Notes under the pieces: model-generated | The model's input: only the letters and a program-made list of their open reading frames with translations | What the model was told of the DNA's origin: nothing | Databases searched by the model: none | Shown: positions 10,870 to 18,649 of the stretch, in pieces | Layout: the number at the start of each line of letters is the position of its first letter | How positions within the stretch are numbered: the stretch's first letter is position 1 | Sequence record: MW883059 | DNA length: 64,000 nt | Reading direction: 5' to 3' (one strand) | From: Escherichia phage vB_EcoM_SYGD1 | Position numbers and translations under genes: made by a program

Positions 10870-11106
10870 ATGCTAAGTGAAAAACCAATTACTGTTAAAG
10901 AATTCCAAGAAAAAGTTAAACTATTTGCTCAGGAATTGGTAAATAAGGTTTCTGAACGATTTCCAGAAACATCGGTTCGTGTTATTACCGAAACTCCTCG
11001 TTCAGTATTAGTAATTGTGAATCCAGGTGATGGTGACCAAATAACACATCTCAAATTGGATTTTGATGGATTAGTTGAAGCACAAAGGGTGTATGGCGTA
11101 CTATGA
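10870..11106 (+). CDS. hypothetical protein (cd.2 position)
   Basis: 78-codon ORF with GAGGA RBS. Confidence 0.55.
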   Translation: MLSEKPITVKEFQEKVKLFAQELVNKVSERFPETSVRVITETPRSVLVIVNPGDGDQITHLKLDFDGLVEAQRVYGVL

Positions 11107-11441
11107 TGAATTTAACTGATATAATTGATAATTGTCTTGAAAATGATACTGGCGATCATAGAGCGCTTGATTCTGAAACAGCACAGTTCATTAGAATAAC
11201 TTTAATGAATGATACTCTAGTGAATAGTATTCATCCTTCTGTGTATGATGCTATTATTGTGACGAAGTATCCAGTTGAGCTTCACAAAAAGATGGCTGGC
11301 GCAATTTTTATTGATAAGAAAAACCGCTTTAAAGATGGGCAGAATATAATTAGTTCTGTTATTAAAAGTATAACTAAACTTCGTCACGAAATTTATCGTG
11401 TTGAAACTGCTAAATCTGCTTATCTGGTGATTATGAAATGA
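11103..11441 (+). CDS. hypothetical protein (cd.1 position)
   Basis: 112-codon ORF; start overlaps previous stop. Confidence 0.55.
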   Translation: MMNLTDIIDNCLENDTGDHRALDSETAQFIRITLMNDTLVNSIHPSVYDAIIVTKYPVELHKKMAGAIFIDKKNRFKDGQNIISSVIKSITKLRHEIYRVETAKSAYLVIMK

Positions 11442-12019
11442 AAGCGAGTACAGTACTTCAAATTGCATATTTAGTATCACAAGAATCAAAATGTTGCTCC
11501 TGGAAGGTAGGAGCAGTAATTGAAAAGAATGGACGTATTATTTCTACTGGATATAACGGCTCACCTGCTGGGGGTGTGAATTGCTGCGATTATGCTGCTG
11601 AGCAAGGTTGGTTGCTGAATAAGCCTAAACATACTATCATTCAAGGTCATAAGCCTGAATGTGTATCGTTTGGTTCAACTGATCGTTTTGTCTTGGCGAA
11701 AGAACACCGTAGCGCTCACTCTGAATGGTCGTCTAAAAATGAAATTCATGCTGAACTAAATGCGATTTTGTTTGCTGCACGAAACGGTTCTTCAATTGAA
11801 GGTGCTACTATGTATGTAACACTTTCTCCTTGCCCAGATTGTGCAAAAGCGATAGCTCAATCTGGTATTAAAAAGCTGGTTTATTGCGAAACATACGATA
11901 AAAATAAACCTGGCTGGGATGATATTCTGCGAAATGCAGGTATTGAAGTGTTCAATGTTCCTAAGAAAAACTTGAATAAGTTAAACTGGGAAAATATCAA
12001 CGAATTCTGTGGTGAATAA
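11438..12019 (+). CDS. cd: dCMP deaminase
   Basis: 193 aa; zinc-binding deaminase motifs HAELNAI and PCPDCAKAI. Confidence 0.9.
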   Translation: MKASTVLQIAYLVSQESKCCSWKVGAVIEKNGRIISTGYNGSPAGGVNCCDYAAEQGWLLNKPKHTIIQGHKPECVSFGSTDRFVLAKEHRSAHSEWSSKNEIHAELNAILFAARNGSSIEGATMYVTLSPCPDCAKAIAQSGIKKLVYCETYDKNKPGWDDILRNAGIEVFNVPKKNLNKLNWENINEFCGE

Positions 12020-12255
12020 TGAAATTTCGTTTGGTACAACTCACAGCAATTAGTTCTTATTCTAATGAGAACATTTCATTTGCTGTAGAGTATAAGAAAT
12101 ATTTTTTCTCTAAATGGAAACAGTATTATAAGTCAGAATGGGTTTGTATTGATAGGCCGTATAGTTGGAAATCTGATTTAGAAAAATGCCAAAAGTTGCT
12201 TTCCACTCTTAAAGAACGTGGAACAACTCATATTAAAACTGTAATAGGTAAATAA
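12019..12255 (+). CDS. hypothetical protein (31.2 position)
   Basis: 78-codon ORF; ATG overlaps cd stop. Confidence 0.5.
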   Translation: MKFRLVQLTAISSYSNENISFAVEYKKYFFSKWKQYYKSEWVCIDRPYSWKSDLEKCQKLLSTLKERGTTHIKTVIGK

Positions 12256-12564
12256 ATGAAACTGACAACTGAACAGAAAGTAGCAATTCGTGAAATTTTG
12301 AAAACTAAATTGTCCATGGGTATTTCAAACGTGGTTTTTGAAAAGTCTGATGGTACTATTCGTACTATGAAAGGCACCCGTGATGCTGACTTTATGCCAA
12401 CTATGCAAACCGGTAAATTGACTGAATCTACTCGGAAAGAATCTACTGATATGATTCCGATATTTGATGTTGAGCTTGGTGCATGGCGAGGTTTTTCTAT
12501 TGACAAATTGATTTCTGTTAATGGTATGAAAGTTGAGCATTTGCTTCAATTTATTGGTAAATAA
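12256..12564 (+). CDS. hypothetical protein (31.1 position)
   Basis: 102-codon ORF. Confidence 0.55.
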   Translation: MKLTTEQKVAIREILKTKLSMGISNVVFEKSDGTIRTMKGTRDADFMPTMQTGKLTESTRKESTDMIPIFDVELGAWRGFSIDKLISVNGMKVEHLLQFIGK

Positions 12565-12590
12565 ATGCTTTAAGAATTATTTGTTATTAT
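12564..12590 (+). promoter_or_regulatory. candidate MotA-dependent middle promoter for gene 31
   Basis: MotA-box-like AATGCTTTA, 12 nt, then TATTAT; about 30 nt upstream of gene 31 ATG. Confidence 0.45.
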
Positions 12591-12620
12591 TAATTCATCT
12601 GTTAACAAAAAGGAAAAACG

Positions 12621-12956
12621 ATGTCTGAAGTACAACAGCTACCAATTCGTGCTGTAGGTGAATATGTTATTTTAGTTTCTGAACCTGCACAAGCCGGTGA
12701 TGAAGAAGTTACAGAATCAGGACTTATTATCGGTAAACGTGTTCAAGGTGAAGTTCCTGAACTGTGTGTAATTCACTCTGTCGGTCCTGATGTTCCTGAA
12801 GGTTTTTGTGAAGTTGGTGATTTGACTTCTCTTCCAGTTGGTCAAATTCGAAACGTTCCGCATCCTTTTGTAGCTCTGGGTCTTAAGCAGCCAAAAGAAA
12901 TTAAACAAAAATTCGTTACCTGTCATTATAAAGCTATTCCGTGTCTTTATAAGTGA
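12621..12956 (+). CDS. 31: co-chaperonin for GroEL (GroES analogue needed for capsid protein folding)
   Basis: 111 aa [30 protein letters not shown]... Confidence 0.85.
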   Translation: MSEVQQLPIRAVGEYVILVSEPAQAGDEEVTESGLIIGKRVQGEVPELCVIHSVGPDVPEGFCEVGDLTSLPVGQIRNVPHPFVALGLKQPKEIKQKFVTCHYKAIPCLYK

Positions 12957-13103
12957 TATAAATAATAATATGAATTGGGTGTCGGAATAATAAGTTAACC
13001 GAACAATTCTACGTGGTAGTCTACAACTGAGAGATCTGTCGAAAGAAGATGAAATTCAGAAGAACGTGACTACCGAGTTTTAATCTCTAACGAGAATTTT
13101 TAA

Positions 13104-13352
13104 ATGATTAAACAATTACAACACGCTCTTGAACTGCAACGAAACGCATGGAATAATGGTCACGAAAACTATGGCGCATCTATTGATGTTGAAGCCGAAG
13201 CTCTTGAAATCCTGCGTTATTTCAAACATCTGAATCCTGCTCAAACTGCATTAGCTGCTGAGCTTCAGGAAAAAGATGAACTTAAATATGCTAAGCCTCT
13301 GGCTTCTGCTGCACGAAAAGCAGTTCGTCACTTTGTGGTAACACTGAAGTAA
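13104..13352 (+). CDS. rIII: rIII lysis-inhibition accessory protein
   Basis: 82 aa MIKQLQHALELQRNAWNNGHENYGASIDVEAEALEILRYF... Confidence 0.8.
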   Translation: MIKQLQHALELQRNAWNNGHENYGASIDVEAEALEILRYFKHLNPAQTALAAELQEKDELKYAKPLASAARKAVRHFVVTLK

Positions 13353-13597
13353 TTTATTGGAGATTCACTGCCTTAGTGTGAGCTAAAATCGAGGAGCCGT
13401 CGAACTGTCTGATTAATGATTTGCGAATCATTATAGTTTTAAGACCCCGGCAGTTTTACGGTGTACCTCTTGAATGTGAATGATGACGGGTTTATGGTTA
13501 TCCTGGTCGTTAAATATCAAAAAACCTATGTTCCCCTTGAGGGCTTGCGCAGGCAATGCCAATAAGTCCTGCATTTTCATTTAAAAGAGAATTTATA

Positions 13598-13774
13598 ATG
13601 GCAAAACAAGCTAAAGCAAAGAAAGCAGTTGAAAAGAAAGTTGGTGATTCTAAACGCGCTGGTTACAAGCGTGGGTCGAACTCTCGTATCAATCAAACTG
13701 TTGAGAAGATCATGCGCCGAGCACGTGCGGTTCTTCGAGATGATGCTTCTCGTTTTGGTAAGCAGAAAGCATAA
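13598..13774 (+). CDS. small basic protein (30.9 position)
   Basis: 58 aa from ATG 13598, MAKQAKAKKAVEKKVGDSKRAGYKRGSN...; ORF track start at 13556 is further upstream. Confidence 0.55.
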   Translation: MAKQAKAKKAVEKKVGDSKRAGYKRGSNSRINQTVEKIMRRARAVLRDDASRFGKQKA

Positions 13775-13779
13775 GTTGA

Positions 13780-13808
13780 GGACTCCTTCGGGAGTCCTTT
13801 TTTATTTT
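13780..13808 (+). terminator. rho-independent terminator
   Basis: GGACTCC-TTCG-GGAGTCC hairpin followed by TTTTTTATTTT. Confidence 0.65.
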
Positions 13809-13827
13809 CCAAAGATTGCACAAAGTT

Positions 13828-13857
13828 GTTTACAGTACGGTTCCTTTGTGATAGTAT
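13828..13857 (+). promoter_or_regulatory. candidate early promoter upstream of 13885 ORF
   Basis: GTTTAC 13828-13833, about 18 nt, TAGTAT; imperfect inverted repeat CCTTTG...CAAAGG nearby. Confidence 0.4.
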
Positions 13858-13884
13858 TATCTTACACAAACAAAGGAGAATAAA

Positions 13885-14217
13885 ATGAAAACGATTAATC
13901 TGAACGCTGCAGTTAAAACTAAATGCTTCAACGGTAAATATGATGAAACTATGTGGTTCTTAATGGCAGTTGAAGGTGATATTATTGAAGTAGAAACAAC
14001 AGAAGGTATGGGAACAGATTTCACCTTTACAATTCAAGTTCATAATTTCTTTACTGGTTGGATTTATGAATTGAATACAGTAATCGTTGGAAAAATTGAA
14101 CAAAATGAATTAGGCGAATGGTATTATGTTACAGCTCGCCAACGTGCCGAACACTTAATTGAGAAGATGAAAAAAGTTGGTAAACTTGACATGCAACATT
14201 GGAAAGTAGTAAAATAA
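13885..14217 (+). CDS. hypothetical protein (30.8 position)
   Basis: 110-codon ORF with AAGGAG RBS. Confidence 0.6.
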   Translation: MKTINLNAAVKTKCFNGKYDETMWFLMAVEGDIIEVETTEGMGTDFTFTIQVHNFFTGWIYELNTVIVGKIEQNELGEWYYVTARQRAEHLIEKMKKVGKLDMQHWKVVK

Positions 14218-14219
14218 TT

Positions 14220-14259
14220 GTTTACTTTGGTACAGGATATGATATTATATACCTGTACC
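14220..14259 (+). promoter_or_regulatory. early promoter with inverted repeat around the -10 (PeSL-like)
   Basis: GTTTAC 14220-14225; GGTACAGG 14229-14236 pairs with CCTGTACC 14252-14259; loop ATATGATATTATATA holds the -10. Confidence 0.5.
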
Positions 14260-14284
14260 GCAATTAAACATCTTGGAGAATAAA

Positions 14285-14650
14285 ATGAACTACATCAACT
14301 TTGAACGTAAATATGTTTCTACCGGTATTGCAGGTTCTATTGATACTATCTGCCTTTGGAAACATCAAAATGGATCAGTATGCGAAATTGAACAGTATAT
14401 GACTCCTAACTACGTTTATATGCGATTTGAAAATGGCATCACGGTTTCAATCACGAAAGAAGGTTCTTCTTTCAAAATCGCATTAGATGATGATTTCCGT
14501 CAACGTGATTTAGGGACTCATCCTTGCTGGAATGGCGTCAATCGTAAGCTTCTGGTTAAAACTTGGATTCGTCATATTCTGAGTAACAGAGCTAAACCTG
14601 AGCATCTTGAAGCAATCTTTGATGTAGTTCTTAACGAATTTGATATTTAA
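14285..14650 (+). CDS. hypothetical protein (30.7 position)
   Basis: 121 aa from ATG 14285 with GGAG RBS (ORF track start 14273 is a TTG). Confidence 0.6.
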   Translation: MNYINFERKYVSTGIAGSIDTICLWKHQNGSVCEIEQYMTPNYVYMRFENGITVSITKEGSSFKIALDDDFRQRDLGTHPCWNGVNRKLLVKTWIRHILSNRAKPEHLEAIFDVVLNEFDI

Positions 14651-14658
14651 AATAAAAC

Positions 14659-14674
14659 AGGGGCTTCGGCCCCT
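14659..14674 (+). promoter_or_regulatory. intercistronic GC hairpin with UUCG-type loop (no T-tract)
   Basis: AGGGGC-TTCG-GCCCCT between the 14285 ORF stop and the 14691 ORF RBS. Confidence 0.4.
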
Positions 14675-14690
14675 TACTGAGGAAAATACT

Positions 14691-14978
14691 ATGTTTATGA
14701 CTACTTATTTTGATACCCGCAAAAATTTCTGTGAAGTGGTTTTCTCTAAGGCGCCTAAAGACCTTCCTGCTCATTTGCAGCCTACCAGTGAATCGATTAA
14801 AAACTACGTTAATGTAGTCTGCTCTTTAGAGTTCCGTACTGTAAATGGCCGTGATACTTTAGCTATCACTAAACTCAATCGTGAAATTGACATTGACCCT
14901 TCAATTGCGAGTGAAATTAATATTTCTGACATTGGTGGTGGTAATGTTAAATCGCACGGATTTCAGATGAGGTTCTAA
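14691..14978 (+). CDS. hypothetical protein (30.6 position)
   Basis: 95 aa from ATG 14691 with GAGGA RBS (ORF track start 14640 is a TTG). Confidence 0.55.
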   Translation: MFMTTYFDTRKNFCEVVFSKAPKDLPAHLQPTSESIKNYVNVVCSLEFRTVNGRDTLAITKLNREIDIDPSIASEINISDIGGGNVKSHGFQMRF

Positions 14979-15175
14979 TGAAATTCTTTTTGGGTCAAAC
15001 TGTTGAATTAAAGGGAGTCGGTATACCTGGATTAATTTCTAAGGTTTTGCCTGCATTTAAATGGAGAGACGTTCAAATAAAAGAGGCTTATATTGTTTCC
15101 TGGGTAGATGGAAATGAAGACCTTCGTATGGATGATGAATTATCTCCTATCTATGGATTAAAGGAATTAGTATGA
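14978..15175 (+). CDS. hypothetical protein (30.5 position)
   Basis: 65-codon ORF. Confidence 0.5.
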   Translation: MKFFLGQTVELKGVGIPGLISKVLPAFKWRDVQIKEAYIVSWVDGNEDLRMDDELSPIYGLKELV

Positions 15176-15378
15176 ATATAATTAATAAGATTTTTGGAAT
15201 TCAGTACATTAAGGTCACATATAAAGTAACGTATAAAGGTCCGTATACCGATGAACATGAAGAACCACAAGTTAAGTCTATTATATTAGAAAAGGACCCT
15301 AACTGGCCAGTTGAATTTCGTCTTCCTTGCTATGGTCATTGGGCTGATGTTGAAATTATAAGTATTGAAAATGTCTGA
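15172..15378 (+). CDS. hypothetical protein (30.4 position)
   Basis: 68-codon ORF. Confidence 0.5.
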   Translation: MNIINKIFGIQYIKVTYKVTYKGPYTDEHEEPQVKSIILEKDPNWPVEFRLPCYGHWADVEIISIENV

Positions 15379-15829
15379 GCTAGAGATAAGAAGCAATTTT
15401 AGATGGCCATCATGTGCATTAAGCAATTTCGCCCAATGGCCTTTCGTTATGGATGGTATCCAATTTGGAGGTCTCGAAGGATTCCTCCAAGGGTGTAAGG
15501 TGAAAAATGTTGAACAGCAACGTCGTATATTTGGGTTATCCGGGATTGCCGCCCAACAAGCTGGACGAGCTTATGCTAGAGCTCAGGACCGTGGGACCCT
15601 CTTCTGGCTTGGAGTTCCGTTTTCAAGATACTCCCCGGCGTGGAAAGAATTATACACAAATGCATATTTTGAAGCAGCGATCCAAAACAGGGGCTTTCGT
15701 GATGCATTACAAGCCTCGAAAGGAAAAGTTTTGAAGCACAGCATAGCTAGTGGTCTAACAAAAGATGATACAATACTAACCGAAGCTGAATTTATTGATG
15801 TGTTAAACCTACTAAGAGACTCTCTATGA
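15371..15829 (+). CDS. NADAR (YbiA-like) domain protein (30.3 position)
   Basis: 152 aa from ATG 15371; LSNFAQWPFVMDGIQF resembles the YbiA/NADAR FSNFAAWP..VDG motif. Confidence 0.7.
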   Translation: MSELEIRSNFRWPSCALSNFAQWPFVMDGIQFGGLEGFLQGCKVKNVEQQRRIFGLSGIAAQQAGRAYARAQDRGTLFWLGVPFSRYSPAWKELYTNAYFEAAIQNRGFRDALQASKGKVLKHSIASGLTKDDTILTEAEFIDVLNLLRDSL

Positions 15830-16689
15830 AGCCTACTATTTTGACTGATATTGATGGAGTATGTTTAAGCTGGCAATCAGGTCTTCCTTATTTTGCTCAG
15901 AAATATAATCTTCCGTTAGAACATATTTTAAAAATGATCCAAGATGAGAAATTTATTTCTCCAGGTAAACTCTTTAATTGTGATGAAGAACTTGGCGTCA
16001 AGTTAATTGAAAAATACAATCGTTCAGATTTTATTCGTTACTTGTCTCCGTATAAAGATGCCCTGTGTGTAATTAACAAATTAAAAGAAGATTATAATTT
16101 TGTAGCTGTTACAGCATTGGGTGATTCTATTGACGCTCTGTTGAATCGTCAATTTAATTTGAATGCTCTTTTTCCTGGTGCCTTCTCAGAAGTAATGATG
16201 TGTGGTCATGATTCTTCAAAAGAAGAGTTATTCAAAAAGGCAAAAGAGAAATATAACGTAATTTGTTATATTGACGATCTCGCTCACCACTGCGACCACG
16301 CGAGTGAAATATTAAATGTTCCGGTTTATTGGATGGCTCGAGGAGAGCGTGACAATATTCCAAAAACTGCGCAGCGAGTTTATACATGGAATGATGTAGA
16401 AAATAAGCTTTTTTCGCCGAAGGAAAATAAAGAAAGTTTTGATAGTGAAAAAGCTATAAAAGATGTAATTGAGAAGATGGTTAAAAACGATTCTTTTCGT
16501 TGGAACACTACCTGGAGAACTCCTGGATTTAATCCTTATAATCCATATTATACGCATCCATATAATCCATATTATACACACCCGTATCATATGAATCCAT
16601 TCCATACGTGGAGTTATACTAAGCCTGGCGACGCAGGGTATTTTAATAGACTTACTAGTGGTGATAATATTTTCCAAGGAGCATTCTAA
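15826..16689 (+). CDS. HAD-type 5'(3')-nucleotidase-like protein with C-terminal Pro/Tyr-rich repeat (30.2 position)
   Basis: 287 aa; N-terminal ILTDIDGV and later YIDDLAHH; C-terminal NPYNPYYTHPYNPYYTHPYHMNPFH. Confidence 0.65.
   Translation: MKPTILTDIDGVCLSWQSGLPYFAQKYNLPLEHILKMIQDEKFISPGKLFNCDEELGVKLIEKYNRSDFIRYLSPYKDALCVINKLKEDYNFVAVTALGDSIDALLNRQFNLNALFPGAFSEVMMCGHDSSKEELFKKAKEKYNVICYIDDLAHHCDHASEILNVPVYWMARGERDNIPKTAQRVYTWNDVENKLFSPKENKESFDSEKAIKDVIEKMVKNDSFRWNTTWRTPGFNPYNPYYTHPYNPYYTHPYHMNPFHTWSYTKPGDAGYFNRLTSGDNIFQGAF
16537..16584 (+). repeat. 24-bp tandem duplication inside the 15826 ORF
   Basis: TATAATCCATATTATACGCATCCA followed by TATAATCCATATTATACACACCCG. Confidence 0.7.
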
Positions 16690-16958
16690 TGTTTGTTGTT
16701 CACACTATTTATGAAAATGAAGGTAATACTACACGTGATTACGGTCACGTAAATCAATTTTTTAGATGCAATCCAGAATTCCGAGCTCAAAAAGACGAAC
16801 GAATTTTTAAAAAATGTGTAGAGCAAGGTTTCATTTACGTCAAGCACTGGATGCAAGGAAATAAAGTTAGAACTACATATCATAGGTCTTTAACTGAGCT
16901 TAATGATGAATTGATTTATAATAGAGCTGTAAACCAAACCTTGAAGGATGAGCAATGA
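16689..16958 (+). CDS. hypothetical protein (30.1 position)
   Basis: 89-codon ORF; ATG overlaps previous stop. Confidence 0.55.
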   Translation: MFVVHTIYENEGNTTRDYGHVNQFFRCNPEFRAQKDERIFKKCVEQGFIYVKHWMQGNKVRTTYHRSLTELNDELIYNRAVNQTLKDEQ

Positions 16959-18415
16959 TTCTTAAAATTCTGAATGAAATAGCATCTATTGGTTCAACTA
17001 AGCAGAAGCAAGCAATTCTTGAAAAGAATAAAGATAATGAATTGCTTAAACGAGTATATCGTCTGACTTATTCTCGTGGGTTACAGTATTATATCAAGAA
17101 ATGGCCTAAACCTGGTATTGCTACCCAGAGTTTTGGAATGCTGACCATTACCGATATGCTTGACTTCATTGAATTCACGTTAGCTACTCGGAAATTGACT
17201 GGAAATGCTGCAATTGAGGAATTAACTGGATATATCACTGATGGTAAAAAGGATGATGTTGAAGTTTTGCGTCGAGTGATGATGCGAGACCTTGAATGCG
17301 GTGCTTCAGTATCTATTGCAAACAAAGTTTGGCCAGGTTTAATTCCTGAACAACCTCAAATGCTAGCAAGTTCTTATGATGAAAAAGGCATTAGTAAGAA
17401 TATCAAATTTCCAGCCTTTGCACAGTTAAAAGCAGATGGAGCTCGGTGTTTTGCTGAAGTTCGAGGTGATGAATTAGATGATGTTCGTCTTTTATCGCGA
17501 GCTGGTAATGAATATCTAGGATTAGATCTTCTTAAGGAAGAATTAATCAAAATGACTGCTGAAGCCCGCCAGATTCATCCAGAAGGCGTGTTAATTGATG
17601 GCGAATTGGTATACCATGAGCAAGTTAAAAAGGAACCAGAAGGCCTAGATTTTCTTTTTGACGCTCCTGAAAATAGTAAAGTTAAAGACTTCGCAGAAGT
17701 AGCTGAATCTCGTACTGCTTCTAATGGAATCGCTAATAAATCTTTAAAGGGAACTATTTCAGAAAAAGAAGCCAAATGCATGAAGTTTCAGGTCTGGGAT
17801 TATGTTCCGTTAGTAGAAATATACGGTCTTCCGGCGTTTCGTTTAAAATATGATGTACGTTTTTCTAAACTAGAACAAATGACATCAGGATATGATAAAG
17901 TAATTTTAATTGAAAACCAGGTAGTAAATAACCTAGATGAAGCTAAGGTAATTTATAAAAAATATATTGACCAAGGTCTTGAAGGTATTATTCTCAAAAA
18001 TACCGATGGATTGTGGGAAAATGCTCGTTCAAAAAATCTCTATAAATTTAAAGAAGTAATTGATGTTGATTTAAAAATTGTAGGAATTTATCCTCACCGT
18101 AAAGACCCTACTAAAGCGGGTGGATTTATTCTTGAATCAGAGTGTGGAAAAATTAAAGTAAATGCAGGTTCAGGCTTAAAAGATAAAGCTGGTGTAAAAT
18201 CACATGAACTTGACCGTACTCGCATTATGGAAAACCAAAATTATTATATTGGAAAAATTCTAGAGTGCGAATGCAACGGTTGGTTAAAATCTGATGGCCG
18301 CACTGATTACGTTAAATTATTTCTTCCGATTGCGATTCGTTTACGTGAAGATAAAACTAAAGCTAATACATTCGAGGATGTATTTGGTGATTTTCATGAG
18401 GTAACTGGTCTATGA
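16955..18415 (+). CDS. 30: ATP-dependent DNA ligase
   Basis: 486 aa; adenylation motif AQLKADGARCF; MILKILNEIASIGSTKQKQAILEKN... Confidence 0.95.
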   Translation: MILKILNEIASIGSTKQKQAILEKNKDNELLKRVYRLTYSRGLQYYIKKWPKPGIATQSFGMLTITDMLDFIEFTLATRKLTGNAAIEELTGYITDGKKDDVEVLRRVMMRDLECGASVSIANKVWPGLIPEQPQMLASSYDEKGISKNIKFPAFAQLKADGARCFAEVRGDELDDVRLLSRAGNEYLGLDLLKEELIKMTAEARQIHPEGVLIDGELVYHEQVKKEPEGLDFLFDAPENSKVKDFAEVAESRTASNGIANKSLKGTISEKEAKCMKFQVWDYVPLVEIYGLPAFRLKYDVRFSKLEQMTSGYDKVILIENQVVNNLDEAKVIYKKYIDQGLEGIILKNTDGLWENARSKNLYKFKEVIDVDLKIVGIYPHRKDPTKAGGFILESECGKIKVNAGSGLKDKAGVKSHELDRTRIMENQNYYIGKILECECNGWLKSDGRTDYVKLFLPIAIRLREDKTKANTFEDVFGDFHEVTGL

Positions 18416-18600
18416 AAGCTTACTTAGAAACAATTGTCGTGGCTCAAAAAGAAGGTGGAGATGTTTCTACTTCGGTATCACAAGTCATTCTCGAATTTGT
18501 AGATGCATATGCTTATAATAAATTTACAGAAACATTTGATGCCTACGAAAAAGGTCCAAAGTTTGAAATATATCGTACTCTCTTACCACTAGATTATTAA
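18412..18600 (+). CDS. hypothetical protein
   Basis: 62-codon ORF coupled to ligase stop. Confidence 0.5.
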   Translation: MKAYLETIVVAQKEGGDVSTSVSQVILEFVDAYAYNKFTETFDAYEKGPKFEIYRTLLPLDY

Positions 18601-18616
18601 AGGCCTTCGGGCCTTT
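18601..18616 (+). terminator. GC hairpin after the 18412 ORF
   Basis: AGGCC-TTCG-GGCCT followed by T/A-rich run. Confidence 0.5.
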
Positions 18617-18621
18617 AATTT

Positions 18622-18629
18622 TATAAATA
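18622..18629 (+). promoter_or_regulatory. late promoter (TATAAATA) upstream of alt
   Basis: Exact TATAAATA 21 nt upstream of alt start; Alt is a virion-packaged protein so late expression fits. Confidence 0.5.
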
Positions 18630-18649
18630 GAATAAACACTAGAGAGGAT

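Noticed and set aside
13629-13883. 84-codon ORF spanning the 30.9-position gene, terminator and next promoter
   Set aside because: Reads through a strong terminator hairpin and a promoter in a different frame from the RBS-supported ORF
15507-15734. 75-codon ORF nested in the NADAR-like gene
   Set aside because: Alternative frame; the NADAR frame has recognisable motifs
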